A DNA stretch of 64,000 nucleotides, from the NCBI GenBank assembly GCA_038496445.1, contig JALMLS010000538.1, positions 1-64,000 on the forward strand, in the 5' to 3' direction. A model generated the notes under the pieces. It was not told the DNA's origin. It did no database searches and saw only the letters and a program-made list of their open reading frames with translations. The position numbers were made by a program, and so were the translations under genes. How positions within the stretch are numbered: position 1 is the first letter of the stretch; each line of letters opens with the position of its first letter. Positions 12,011 to 25,512 of this stretch are shown here, in pieces. Origin of the DNA: Trichosphaerium sp. ATCC 40318 (taxonomy: Eukaryota; Protista; Tubulinea).

Positions 12011-14185
12011 ATGGCGCGTCGGTGCGACATCGAGTGTGATAGCGCCACAAAACTAAAGTTTCGACCAACGCACCCGTATGGAGTGAAGCCGCTTGGAAAT
12101 GTATTTACAGACCTGTCAAGCTCGTATAGTGTGCGTAACGCCAGTTTGGGGTTATTTGCTGTTCTAGAAGATGTTAGCATTCTCGCCATTCTCAAGTTCG
12201 TACTACAAACTGTTGTTTATGCTTAAATCTATCTAGTTACCTCGGCGCGAAGGATTTAGTTGCCGTTAGTACGCTAGAATCCATTCTTCATAACTTGACG
12301 TTAAAATTACGCCTAAGGTAACGTAAGCTCAATGTTTTTCGCATTTGGAAGCACAAACGCGCTCTGGAAGCGTATTTACTACGATATGCCGGGAGAAACC
12401 GTCAAAGGAGAAGAAAACATATCATGGAAGCTGGCAGTACTACGCAGAGATACCCAAACAAAAACTACCTTGTCAAAAGGTTACATGCTTACCATTTATT
12501 CGATTCTTAGTGCAATTAGGTATATACTCAGATGTGCTATACAATGAGTGGTTATTTGATTCTGTAGATATGACTCCATGGCTTGGTACGTGTATTTTTT
12601 GATAAGAACAAAGACCACAGAAAAAAACTTCTGCGGAACATTATTTATCCCTATTCCGCTCAAAAAAGTGCAAGTGAATTACTGTTCAACTTACATTTAT
12701 TTGTATTATAGAACGTGATAATGTAGAACGCAGATCAAACCTAAGCCTTAAAGAATTCAGGTACACGAGTAACACATTTTCACTCACAACATTTTTTTTT
12801 ATTGATCACGTGATTTTTTTTTTATTATTTTTTTGTTGTTCATAGTGTTCTTTTTAGATCGACTTATGAACGCCCTCTGAAACCTGTTATTATAACAGAT
12901 GTTATTAATGAGTACGTTCTTTGCGAAAATTTTATATGGTTCGCCCTGAAGCTAAAGAAAATAAAAAAGTTGGCCAGCTAATAATGAATGGACTATGGAT
13001 AAAATTACTATGAAATACAAAAGGATTATGGCAGGGTTGGTATGTTCTTTTTCTCGCTTTTTTTCTTTCCTCTTCCTGTATTGATTATAACGCAACTAGA
13101 AATATGAGGACGGCATCAAGTATGACCACTTTTACACTCATAGTGGTAAGTTTAAAGGGTTGATAACAATTGATTTTAATTGTTTAAACACTTACCTAAA
13201 CTTTACTTTAGAGCACTTCCATGGTCCAGGATGCAAAAAGAAATCGAGCCCAAAAGTGTTCAATTCTACATCAGGTTTGGCTCTTACTTGAGTTGGTTAA
13301 GGCTAATTATTTCCTTTCAAGGTTGCCCAGAAGAAACACTACCTTCAAAGTATGAGGTACCACTCGTTACCTCCTTTGAGAATATATCTAACGCTTTAGA
13401 TGCCTAAATATTTTGCTGAAGACTTGTTGTCGTATTCAAATGAGAGTAGGCCTGGGTGGCGCTGGCTGCTACTAGGAGCACCACGTTCAGGTATGTTAAT
13501 AGAACGGGAATATGATACTAAATTTACAAAGTCCTTACAACTCACTAGGCTCAACTTTTCATCAAGATCCTGATTGTACAGGAGCTTGGAATGCAGTCTT
13601 ACACGGTAGGAAGAAGTTCGTGTTATATCCACCAATGAGAACGCCACCAGGTATGTTGGTTTTTTGCACAACGTTTTTTATATTTTCTTTCTAATTTTTT
13701 TTTAAAGGAGTTGAAAGAGAAGGAGAAGACTACATTGTACGTTGAGAGGTTATGCTAGACCAACCTTTAAAATATTTATAGAGTCCTCGTACAGTTATGA
13801 AATGGTTTGTAGACCACTATGATGAGGCTAACCCTCCTTACGAATGTATTGTTAACCCAGGTATACATCCTACTTTTTTCTTACGAAATTTTATTTTTTT
13901 ATTTGGGTCCAACAAACTTACTCTTGATGTTTAGGAGAAGTTATGTTTATACCTTCTGGGTTTTGGCATTTGGTATTAAACGTAGATGAAACAATAGCTG
14001 TAACGCATAACTATGTGTCTTCAGTAAACTTTAAGCTTGTTTGGCATCATATTAAAGATCACAAGCCTAAACTTCTTGAAGCATGGCGTAAAGGCCTTTC
14101 AATAGATAACCCAGATATTCTAGAAATGGTAGAGAAGAAGAAAATTAAAAAAAAGAGTGCTTGGGAAATGCTACTGGAAAGTTAG
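12011..14185 (+). CDS. F-box + JmjC-domain protein (JMJD6/plant JMJ22-like 2OG-Fe oxygenase)
   Basis: HPYGVKPLGN motif, F-box-like segment, YFAEDL...RPGWRWLLLG, HQD...H metal ligands (FHQDPD; GFWHLVLN), THNYVS. Confidence 0.88.
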
Positions 14186-14415
14186 AGCTCTTTGTATTTT
14201 CTTCAAAAACTATCAATAAAAAAACCGTCTCACTGACGCTTTCGCCGTGTATTTGATAAAATGGGGTGGCTTGAAAGTTCATTACATGCATTTGTTATCG
14301 TACAATACATCTCAAAGACTAATTTCAACAACGTTTTAAACTTGTACTACTTATTGGCAGTAAGTCAGTTTTTTTACATGTGCAAAGTAACACCTTTTCG
14401 CTATTACTGGTGTCC

Positions 14416-14859
14416 CTAAGGTCCAAACTTTTGGGCGAAAGTGTCACAATCATAGTCTTTGTGAGGGACATAAATCCTATCTCTGCATTTCTGAGAACAA
14501 AACCTTACAGGGCACTTATCACATCCAAAGTTATTTTTAGTCTCTTGCCGTATACCACAAAAAGCGCAAAGTAAGAACTGATTTCTACCACAGTGTAGCA
14601 TGTGAATACCCGAAGCTCTTTGTTTACAATCCTCATTACAGTAATACACAACCTTACAAGCACACTCAAGCTCTACGCCCTTTTTCTCGCAGAATAAGCA
14701 CCATTTATCGTATGTTGGTACAAAATTAGTTATTTTGATATCAGCACACATCCTACGCCTTGCTGAGGCTGATGTTGGGTTTTGTTTGAATAGCTCAACT
14801 TTGTATGCAAAGTTATTATCACATACGTAGCATTTAGGTATACTTGCTGGATCTATCAT
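14416..14859 (-). CDS. Small intronless protein with MYND-type zinc fingers
   Basis: CLFC...CACKVVYYCNEDC...HMLHC and CAFC...CDKCPVRFCSQKC...HKDYDC patterns. Confidence 0.75.
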   Translation of the reverse strand: MIDPASIPKCYVCDNNFAYKVELFKQNPTSASARRRMCADIKITNFVPTYDKWCLFCEKKGVELECACKVVYYCNEDCKQRASGIHMLHCGRNQFLLCAFCGIRQETKNNFGCDKCPVRFCSQKCRDRIYVPHKDYDCDTFAQKFGP

Positions 14860-15175
14860 TGCTTTGATTGTGTTGTTGGTATGCGAGTGGTTAAGTCAAA
14901 CTGTTCAGAAAAGTTGCCAACTTTTAAGGGTTTGTGGAACGTAAACTCAAATGGTACCCCTTCTACCTTTGTATATTGTATGAAACGCAATCTATTAATT
15001 ATGTTGCATCCATCGAATCATGTTTTGTTTCCACTATTTTACCACTATTTACATATTTCAGGTGGATTCAATGAAACATGGAAGAATATGTTTTTGGAGC
15101 GATTTTTCTTTTTTTCTCTTTCAAGTGGTGTAGGTACAACCTTTGTATGCCAGAAATATAGTGCAATGCCTTTTA

Positions 15176-17802
15176 TTAAGAGGAGTCTGTTTCTTTTGCG
15201 GAGTCGTCAATTTCATCTTCAGCTTCTTCTACTTCTCCTTTTGTGTTTTCAGTTGAAACAGTATTCGAACTTCCTTTTGTTGGTGCAGTTGCAGAACCTG
15301 AATCTTTTGAATTTGATGCTGAAAAATGAGATTAGAGTGATTACATGTTTACTGTTTATCCGTACAGGTTGTTGCAATGATTGAAGACAGAATAATACGA
15401 AACACTACAATTACTTCATCGTAGAAAGGCTTGACAGCTATACAAAAACAAGAGGGTCAGTAGAGAAGAAATAGGAAAACAGTAAGCTTTTTTTATACTT
15501 GTTTAAACGAAAGGTTTGGCTGGTTTAATGGAGGATCAACGTACTTAGTGATGCTAAAACAATTATGGTAGGTCTAGCGTTAATATTGAAACTATTTAAT
15601 ATTGCTACCCAATCAGCACTGAGAGCACCCAGCCCTATTGGTTGATTAGTTTTTGGAAACAATTACATGACAATTACTTACTACATTGTCCAGGAGTCGT
15701 TCTCACACAAGCTACCCATGAAAGGAAGTCGTCTATTTGTGCTTGTTCACTGGCACCCATACTTTTTATGATCAATGCTAGAGGTAAAACGAGAAAGTAT
15801 ATGAATATGATGATGAATATAATCAAAACAGATTGACTTCTAACAAATCTTTGCTGAGCACGAAGTTGTCTCTTATTACCAGTCAAGCGTTTTAATTTTG
15901 CGAATTCCTTGTGTAAACAATTAGTAATTGGTTTGTAACTAAAGATGAGCGTTTTGCTTGAGCGATGCCCAGTGCGCAAAGGTGATGAAGTTGTTAAAAA
16001 CCTGTTTTCTCGATTTTTTCTGTTCTACAGCACATACCTTGTACACAAAAAACGCGAACACCATACATGCAAGTATACATGACCCAGTTACAATTGATGA
16101 AAGCATAATTTGCGCTATTGCAAGAGGTCTTGTGCGGAGGAGCACTTTAAACAAACAACATTGTTAGTTGTAACTCAAAAACAAGCATCTCTAACGTACT
16201 TGCACAATGTGTTGCTATGCCAATATTGACACCAAAATTATCAGTTATAAGATATGCTATATCCCAAGTAGTCATAAATATCCATGGTACAACGTATAGG
16301 GCTATCCTAATTACAATTATTAGAAAGACAATGCCTTGTGTCTACATGGCTAAAAACAAACATACTTGAAGTATTGATTTGGTTGCTTCTGCGAAAGAAA
16401 CATGTATATCATACCAAACACCCACGCAACAAAAGCGCAATCAGTAAGAACAGCAAAGTGTGTTATATATATCGCTTTGAAGTATCTCAGCAAACAGGTG
16501 TATGGTTGTAAAACAGAATAAATAAACTTACCTTGGATAAAGCATACGTAGTTTTCAGTTGGCCTGTACTCTGCTGCTGCATTTTTACATTTCATTTTCT
16601 CTGGATCATTGATCAGACTTGGAATGTATCCAAGAACGGAAAGAAAAGAGTAACTACAAAATGTGTTAGAAGATTTCCATTTTGGTTTGACACGTGTATG
16701 TGATTCCCGGAATAAAATATCTTTGCCGTACATTATGACCAGAGTATGTAATACCAAGGGAAATCTTCGTTTAAGAGCTACTCGTACTGATACTATTACA
16801 CCAAAAATACCAAGCAAAATAGAAATCGGAGTGAACACATACATCAGCTTTAAAAAAGAAAGAAATAAGAATATACTTTCGGAAGCACGTGGCTTAATGT
16901 ATCGTTAAAAAATGGAGTTTTGGCGAAAATCCATAAATTGTAGCTCTTGGAAATGTCCAATGCAAACTACGACACTAGCTTGTACCAAAATATCTAATAT
17001 ACACGTGGACGTACAGTAATTTCTATTTTTCGTGGTGATTTTGGCAGATAGTTTTTAGGACATCCTGACAAACATATCCCTGGGTACCCATCTTCATGAT
17101 CTACGTTATATACCGCAGGGTATAAGCAATCTGAAGGTATTTGAGGTACTTCTACTTGATTACATAACGGTCTTGGAGCATACTCAGGAATATTAGTACC
17201 AGCTAAAACATCAGTTAACATTAGTCCCTATGGCGTCACTTGTCGACGTACGAAATGTTGCAGAGCAATTAGGTAGTTGAGATAATGGTACGCCTGTAGC
17301 TCCAAGACATGAACCAACGGCTTCACATATGTCTGTACACGTAGGTACAGGGATTGGAGCGGGTCCTATGATTGTAAAAGTTAGGTTAACTTTTCTAGGC
17401 CAAAAAAGGAAATAGCCACATTGGGTGCTAGTTGAGTTTTTTTTTCTGCTTTCAGCTGATATAGAGCGTACCAGTGCACTGTCGATAGATAGATTTACAT
17501 ACAAACTCTTTAAAATCCTTTCCACACCTAGCGTTCTATTTTACTTACACTGTTTCTATATCACTTCAAAGACGCAGTTCTACGTACTCCTTGGTCGAGA
17601 AATGTGCTATATCGGATATTGCTGCTCTTTGGCTTTGATAAATACCGTCAAGCATCCCCACAGTAAAATTAGGCTGAAGAATGAACAAGTAGTCGCTTGG
17701 GAAGCCGCATAGATTAACTGTGTTGTTGGTTGCAACACAAGAAAAGGAATGAACCATAGATATGCACATGCATACAACTAGACATGCTGTTGCGTATTTC
17801 AT
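15176..17802 (-). CDS. Frizzled/Smoothened-like (class F, Fsl-type) 7TM receptor
   Basis: Signal peptide; CRD-like Cys pattern (CGKDFKEFVCKSIYRQC...PTCTDICEAVGSC); CLYP...CLSGCP linker; several hydrophobic TM exons including RRFP after TM1; acidic tail. Confidence 0.8.
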
Positions 17803-19615
17803 TTTAGTTTTTTAAGGATAATTGCCTTTTATAGCACCTTTAAGTCTAAAAGATACAATTTCTCCACTTTTGCTTCTGCAGACGGTGTATTTTGGAATAC
17901 AGATAGGCGTGTGCGCGTTGGAAGTACGTAAACTCTCCCCGATAAGAGACCTTAATTTCTCCTCTTTTACTTAAGAGTTACGTAACGGCTAATATAGGTC
18001 CTTGCAAGGTTATATATGTCATTTTGCAGAATTGTCGACAAAAGTGGAAATGCCAGATTTGCTACCAACTTTTACTTTCTGTTATTCGACAATGTGCGTC
18101 ACAAAAGTGAAGCAAGGGACCGATGACGAAAAAAATGCACAATAATCGTTTTTCTCCCGACCAATGGCTAACAATTTGTGAGCGAATGCCGGGGTCTTGT
18201 GCACAGGAGCGAGTCCGGCCTTGTAAGTTTGTACTTTTTTTTTTGACCTTTTTCGAACTTTCACATTTTTATTTGATGAACCGCTAGTCTTTTCTGGATA
18301 AGTTCGCGAAATTCGGATGTTAGTTAGTATTAAACCATAGAAGCTATAGTGGTATTGTGGCCCAGGAATGAATTACCAGAAAGGTACTACTACCGTGTAG
18401 CAGCGGAGTTCTCATTTTAAAACAAACGTTAGTTTAGCTAATGTTAATCCCAAGGAGTCCTTTTAAATCTAATGGTTGTAGAAAGCAACCTCTTCTCGAA
18501 AGTTTTTGTTATCTTAACGGTTTCCACTTTAAGAATGAAACAGTTTTCGGTTGTAGCTATAAGAAAGGTTCTCAGATGTGATAAATACATAACGAGCTTC
18601 GTCTGACGAACAAATAGTGATACAGAGACTCAATTTTTGACTGGGTTTTGAAAAGTGTAAGCAATGCAAAAGGAATCCGAGTGAATATGCGTAAGGGCTT
18701 GCACAGGGAACGCACTAACAACTAGTATGCTATTAAGCACACATATTTAACCCCTTCGTGCCCCTTAAAAACAAAAACTAAGTGTTATTTGATGGAGTAG
18801 GAGAGGAACGCAAATAAAATACCAACGCCAAAAATGTTGGGATATTTTTTAGATAAAGGCTATATAGTAGTCTTCTATATGTGTTTAATACTAAACATTG
18901 CAAAATTTTGTAGCTTGGATAGCCTTCGAAGGTGTTCTTCTATTTTGACAGAGCAGCATTGCTGTGTAGGCAATTTTACAAATTCCAAACATTTTGATTT
19001 ATTACGGATTTCGCGAATCTTTAACGCCATGTTTACTCACCTGTGAACTATGCTCATTTAAAAGCTATTTATGCCATGTAGATATGATGTAATTCTGGGC
19101 GTTAAGATCATTTTGTGAGTTGTTAGTGATGTACTGAGGAAATGTACTGACAGACAAAGCAATTTATTCAATTTTTGAAAAGTTGCGAATTCATACAACA
19201 CTTTTAGCTTTTTATCGTACACCAAGGCGCAAATCTCACTTGTGTACCAAGTAAAAAGCAGCAAAGTGATCGCTAGTCTTAACGTTTTGATGAGCACGTG
19301 GAGCAATCCGGTATAAAACTACTGAAGGATTGTCGTTAACGACTAATAATAAAGACAACATGATCCCTACCACACGGACGTCCACACCTCTTTTAGGGCG
19401 ATGATGAATGTGACCTTAACAAAATGAAAACAGTTGGCCATGTGTCCGACAGTCTTTGTTAATTGAAATGTGGAACGAAGAGAACTTAAACGGGTAAAAA
19501 GTCGTTTGAAGTCTCGCCAGTACAGTTTTTGTATTGTCTCTCGTGAAAAGGATAGCATACTCCGTATTCACGTACTACAATAGGCCGAAACGTCTTTTCA
19601 TCCATAATACTCAGA

Positions 19616-21147
19616 ATGGACTTTCTACGTGAAAAAAAGATACTGGCACCACTTGTGGGAGGGTAGAGACTTTAAAATACGCGTAATTTTAACTTTTGGA
19701 AGGTCTGACCTTTCTTTCCGATTGTTGTGTCGTAAATATGGTGCTGAAGTAACATACACAGAGATGTGCATTGCGGAATACTACCTAGGTCGTAGTGGTA
19801 AAAAAGTAAAAAATTATACCTTTGAATTCCACCCAAGTGATAAACCACTAGTCGTACGCACTACACTATGTCATATACAAACAAATTTTAACACTATAAA
19901 GGCTCAACTGGCCGGTGATGAGCCAGAAGACATAATCGAACTCGCAAACCACGAAATGTACGTTATATCGCCATGATACAATACAATACGAACGTAAAAT
20001 GCGTTTTTAGGTGGTTTAAAACTAATTAAATATAAACAGGTTTAAAGGCAAGATAGCAGGCGTAGATCTCAACTGTGGATGTCCACAAGGATTTGCAATG
20101 ACAAAAGGGATTGGTAGCGCAATGTTTAGAAAACCAGACAAGCTCGTGGCTCTTTGCGAACGCTTAGTGAAAGGCACGTGAGTCGAAGCTCCAAGACTTC
20201 TTTTTTTGGCTTTTTTTTTCCCATTGTTGTTGAAACGCTTTTGCCGTCTTTCTCTTATTGTAAATATTAGAGATTCCATATCCTGTTAGTGTTAAACTAA
20301 GATTACATGATGACGTTGAAACAACAATAAGTATAATGAAGAGACTAAAAGAAGTCGGTGTTGTTGCTTTTACTATTCATGGTAGATTTTGGTGGATGAA
20401 AGGCGAGAAAAGAGGTCTTTGTGATTGGGAAGCTATTAGACGTATCCGTGAAGTATTCCCAGATGTTCCTATTGTAGGAAACGTACGTTTTAATCAATTA
20501 GTCATACTCAAACGTTTGATTAATACCTTGTAGGGTGATGTCAAAGTACACGCTGACTTTGCAAAATTTAAGAGTTTGAGCAATGTAGATGGTATTATGG
20601 TTGGCTATGGTGCCTTGAAAGACCCCTCTTTGTTTGGTCAGAATAAGCTTCCAGTTAATGTAATGATACAAGACTATATTGATATAGCCAGAAACTATCA
20701 AAATCGATTTATCGGTGCGTTTCTTTAATTGCTTTAAGTTGTTTTTTTGAATCTTAGTTTTCTGTCTAATTTGTTTGTTTTCAGATATCCTTAGACATAT
20801 TATGTGGATGTTAAAAGGTAGTAATTATAATGAATCATGTACAAAAGAGGTTAAAGCAAATTTATTTAAATGTAATTCAATGGAAGAAGTAGTGTACGCA
20901 AATCTTAGTAAATATTTGTTTTTCTTTTCTCCTTCTACTTTTTTTTTTTTTGAAACATGATCACGTGATAACACTTATTCGTAGTACCTTCTTTGCTACA
21001 CTTGATCCACCTATTATTATTACATTTCCACCAGGGCCACATAAGATAGATTTCAAAGGCCACGGTGTTAAAGGTAAACGGAGATTAGCAAAAGAAAAAA
21101 GGATACACGAAAAAAGATTCGGACACCTTCCTAAAGAAGACAAATGA
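19616..21147 (+). CDS. tRNA-dihydrouridine synthase (DUS family)
   Basis: ILAPLVGGSDLSFRLLCRKYGA, PLVAQLAG, VDLNCGCP, VSVKLRL, TIHGR, VGNGDV. Confidence 0.92.
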
Positions 21148-21322
21148 CAAATGTAAATAAATGAGCCTTGCAACAAGTCTCATGTATTCATTTCAACAAG
21201 TTACTCTATTTCACCCAACTATTCCGAAAGACTTGTTAACTTGCATCAACTGACACCTTTTTTTCATTGAATCAATCTTACTTTGCTGGACTTTATTGTT
21301 TTTCCATCACAAACTGCAATCA

Positions 21323-24112
21323 ATGAGGGCTGCAAAGCGCTTGAAGAAGTCAACTACACCCGTATCGGCTGCGCAGCTTCTTAAGTATCTCCAGAGCATA
21401 AATGATGTCGCGTACAAGCAAGGAGAAAATGTACTTGGCGAAGCGGTGCGTGACAGCCTTACATGCGATGAAAACAACTGTAACACTGTGTAGAGTACAG
21501 TACCGCTATTTGGGGAAATAAAAGAAGAACTAGAAGCGTTACGACCAAAAATCACCTCATGGGAAGCTGCTTTGGCGAAACAGGTGCTTTATCAACTGTT
21601 TACTAATTTGCTTACTCCCTAACGTCAGGTTGACGCTGAAAACGCGTTAAAACCATGTCCTGTCAACGATTTGCCTTTAGAAATCGTTGTAATGATCTTT
21701 GAAGGCTTGCGTATTATTGAACGTACCAAATTGTATCTTGTATGCAAACAATGGTACGACTCAGTACATTTCATACATAAAAGAAGACTAGACTTTACAG
21801 AGTACGTACTTTAACAAAACAAGAAAAATCAAAAAAAAAACCTTGTTTGCATCCCTCACTTTTAATCCGCCTCCTACAGATGCTGGGACCTCACTGATGA
21901 TATTCTACTAAGACTGGTTTCTTCTGCGAAGGACACACTTGAAGAATTCATGCACGTGACATAGAAATAAATGACTGACTTGAGATGCTTACCCTTTTGT
22001 TTTACTAGTTTGGGTGGTTGCTGGTGGATATCACAGAAGGTCTTAACACAGTGTTTAGACATGTGTGCATGTCTTACACATATAAATATCGTTGAATATG
22101 AGTCTGTTAGTTTAGTTGGAGACCTTAGAAAGCTATACTGTAGCCTATCAAAGCACAAGCTAACTTTTCTTGGGTGAGGCCTAACAAAACAATTTTTTAC
22201 TGTTACTCAATTATGTCTAGGTTACCTTCTCGTTTCAAAAATGGTAGATCAAAACTTGATCCTATTCCAACTGTAACTCATGTCGAACTATACGATAGAA
22301 AGTATATTAGTCTGTTACAAGGTTTATTTCCAAAGTGCACTTCAGTGGTCCAACATTTTTCTCGTGAAATCCAACGTCCAAATATTAAGGTAAGTAGCTT
22401 AGACTTCGCCGACAATCTATAAAAATTCAAAGCTTATATTCTGTAAGTCTAACATTACCAAATGCTATTCCATAATACCATTTGTTGTTACTAGCCTTAT
22501 CCAACCAGTTATTCCACCAGATAGTGTGGCTTACATTGTCCCTTTCCAGACGGTACATACGGAACTTCTTTTTTTTTTGTACAGCTGTTTACTTGACTTA
22601 CTCTTCTCCAAGATTCTATCTAATTCTCTTCCACAACCCTGTCCACTATTAACTACACTATATGCATATATTGGATGTACCAACATTGACTTATCAAGGA
22701 TTTCAAACCTTGCACCAAACCTAGAAACTGTGATCTTTACGATACCAGGATGTGACAGGTGCAAACAACATATGCTTTGCCCTCCAGGAACTATATGTGA
22801 GTCCCATAAAGTTTTAAAAGTACTTGATAAACTGAAATAATCTAGCACTCTTCCCAAAGCTCATTAACTTGACAATGAATATCAAGGGCCCAAATTTTTT
22901 TCAACTTGGAAACTTTCTTTCATGGTACTAATACTTCTGTTTTAAATCCCTTTTTCCTAATAAAGTTATTCCAGCCTACCAGAATCACTCAAGAGCCTCA
23001 CCATTAGTATACCTTACGTTTGCACAGGTAGCAGCTTTACAGGTTCGATTATATTAGCCATACTGTTTGTCAGCCTTACTTACTTTGTTGTTAACAGAAA
23101 ACGACTTGATTACATTTGTATCACGTGTAAGCCTACGGAAGCTAAAGGTACTACAACATTCTTTTACATCCAACCCAGTTAAGTCCATGTAGTTGCGCAT
23201 GAGCCAGAATCGTGCTACACCTGTCACTTCAAGGTTCATCGATGCTTTGTTCACTCCCGACGGGTATATCACCCACTTGGAGTTCACAAACTGTAAATTC
23301 TTAACTGACGACTCACTAAAAATTATAGCCAGTACGTACTTAACAGCACGCAACAAAATGTTATTAAAAAAAAAGGTCCACCATTAATGAGCCTACTAGA
23401 GTATGCTCATCATCTGAAAGATCTTGCTCTTTTACATTTAAAAAAGTGTACCACAGAAGGTATCGCTGGTTTAGTATCTTCTTGTTCAAGTTTAGAGAAG
23501 CTATCGATTATTGGATTGAGTCCTATTAATTCGCTTATCGCTGAATCTATTAAAGATATTTTACAAAAATATAAAAAGTACGGACACAGGGCTGTCTTGA
23601 ATCAGAGCACAAATACTTACCAGATATCACAGGCTTTGGTTCTTAAGGATGGGGTTTGGTTCGAACACAGAAGCGTCGCTCAAGATACTAACAGGTTAAG
23701 TTGTTTTTAGTGAACCAAAAAAATACTGACTTTCTTTTTTTTTTTTTAGGATCATCACTTCGAGTTGTTGCTGTTTACAAAGTCGGAGAGATAGCGTTCG
23801 ATGCACTTGGTGAATTCATTGGAAAATCACCTCAATTACGTATAGTTCATGTTATATCTGTCTCCAGTTATCGTAGGAAGAAATATTGGTTATTGATGCA
23901 AGGGTAATGTTCTTGGACTTTTCTTGATAAGTCAACGGTTTTCTTTTTGTGATGACTTTTCTTTTAGTGTACTACAATCAGCCAAAAGAAAAAATCTACG
24001 TATATTTTTACATGGACAGGATACTTCAAGACGAGAATTAAATAGGATACATGATGCCTGGTTTTTAGATGATGTAGCACTTCCAAGGAATATTAGTTTA
24101 GCCTTGAGATAG
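21323..24112 (+). CDS. F-box/leucine-rich-repeat protein, multi-exon
   Basis: F-box NDLPLEIVVMIFEGL...LVCKQW followed by LRR-like segments (LEFTNCKFLTDDSLKIIA; SCSSLEKLSII). Confidence 0.75.
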
Positions 24113-25512
24113 TTTTTACCACATATTTAATTAAACCCAACTTCCAAAAAAAAAAAAAAGATATTAGTTCAACTACGTACTACCAATTAGTTGTACTTAA
24201 AATTAGATTTATGTCAGTCAATAAACTTATCAAAATATGATTCTTCCAAACAAGAAAGAAGAATAAGGGCAACGGAGAAAACCAATGTGGAGTAAAAACA
24301 AATAATAATAAAAGGATTGTTTTACTATACATTTAGTTTATTTGATTGATTTTCGTATTCTCTGTAAGTGGTGTGTGGGTAGCAACTACAGTAAAAGTAT
24401 CAAAAAACATTAATTTTCGTATAAAAAGCTACCATTAGTGATGGGAAAGAAACGTCGTAATTATACGGTAAGTTTTTGGTAAGTGAGTGATTTTTCGTTG
24501 ACAAAAGCAAAGCAATCTCTTTGATTTTCAAATTCTTCTATCGTTCATTTTGATCTTGCATAACTGTACACGACGTATCTTTTCATATTCTAATGTGTTG
24601 GCTCACCTTGGTGAATACCACTTTTTTTTTTCTTTTCAATCTTGCTTGTATAAAAAGTGCTGCGTGTTTAACATGAATACACCGTAAACACAATACATGT
24701 TGAATAATGATAAAAGCATGGAGTTTGCCAGGGCACTCTGACTTTGTGCTTTAGTATCACCCCTACCAGGGAAGTCAATGAAGATGTTTGTGTTATCACC
24801 TGGACTCCAAGTATCCGCTTGGCCTCACTTACATGAAATAGTTGTATTTGGGGTAAGGTAAAAGGCTATCAAGGCCTTGACTTTCAAATTCCCTACGTAA
24901 GGAGCACGTGTACACGTTCAATCGGTTGTGTTGTTTTTTTATTACTAAGGCAATGTAAATTGTAGTTCCCATGTTTGTAGTTCTTGATTGCTATTCATAC
25001 ACCATGGAGTAACTTAGCTGGTTCAAACATTTCGACCTTTACAATAGTAGCCACGTTGAGGTAAATCTCCCACTGTGTATTTTATGTCATACTTTTTATG
25101 GAGTTCACATAATGCATAGCCGCTAAAGAGCTTATGTCATATTCAACACTGCACATTGAGAATATGTTCTTGTTTCTTTAAGTTCTGACCCAGAGAATGT
25201 GGCTTAGGTCACGCTAAGGTTCTTACAGTCTTAAAAGAAGGTAGGTCAACACAGATAGTATGTTGTTCGTTTCAGATTAGGTTGCTGTAACGGAGAGGAT
25301 ATAAGCAAGATGAGTGCTATTTAGGAGTTAGGTCTATTCTTTACATAAGTTATAGGTCGCTATATAGTTACATCTCGGAATCTCACGGACGGCCCGTTGA
25401 GTCTCGGATCATTAACTGAATATCTTCAGGTTACATCTCGATCAATCTCTAAATACCTTGTACTTAAGCCCAAAGCCAAATACTCTTAAACTATCCAGAA
25501 AGCGCCAGCAAA

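Noticed and set aside
24640-24820. Minus-strand frame containing IFIDFPGRGDT, resembling a GTPase DxPG motif
   Set aside because: An in-frame stop lies just upstream, there is no P-loop, and no coherent exon chain could be built. At most a decayed fragment.
24858-24866. GCCTTTTAC (U5 snRNA loop 1) on the minus strand
   Set aside because: No flanking stem closes the loop and no Sm site follows at the expected distance.
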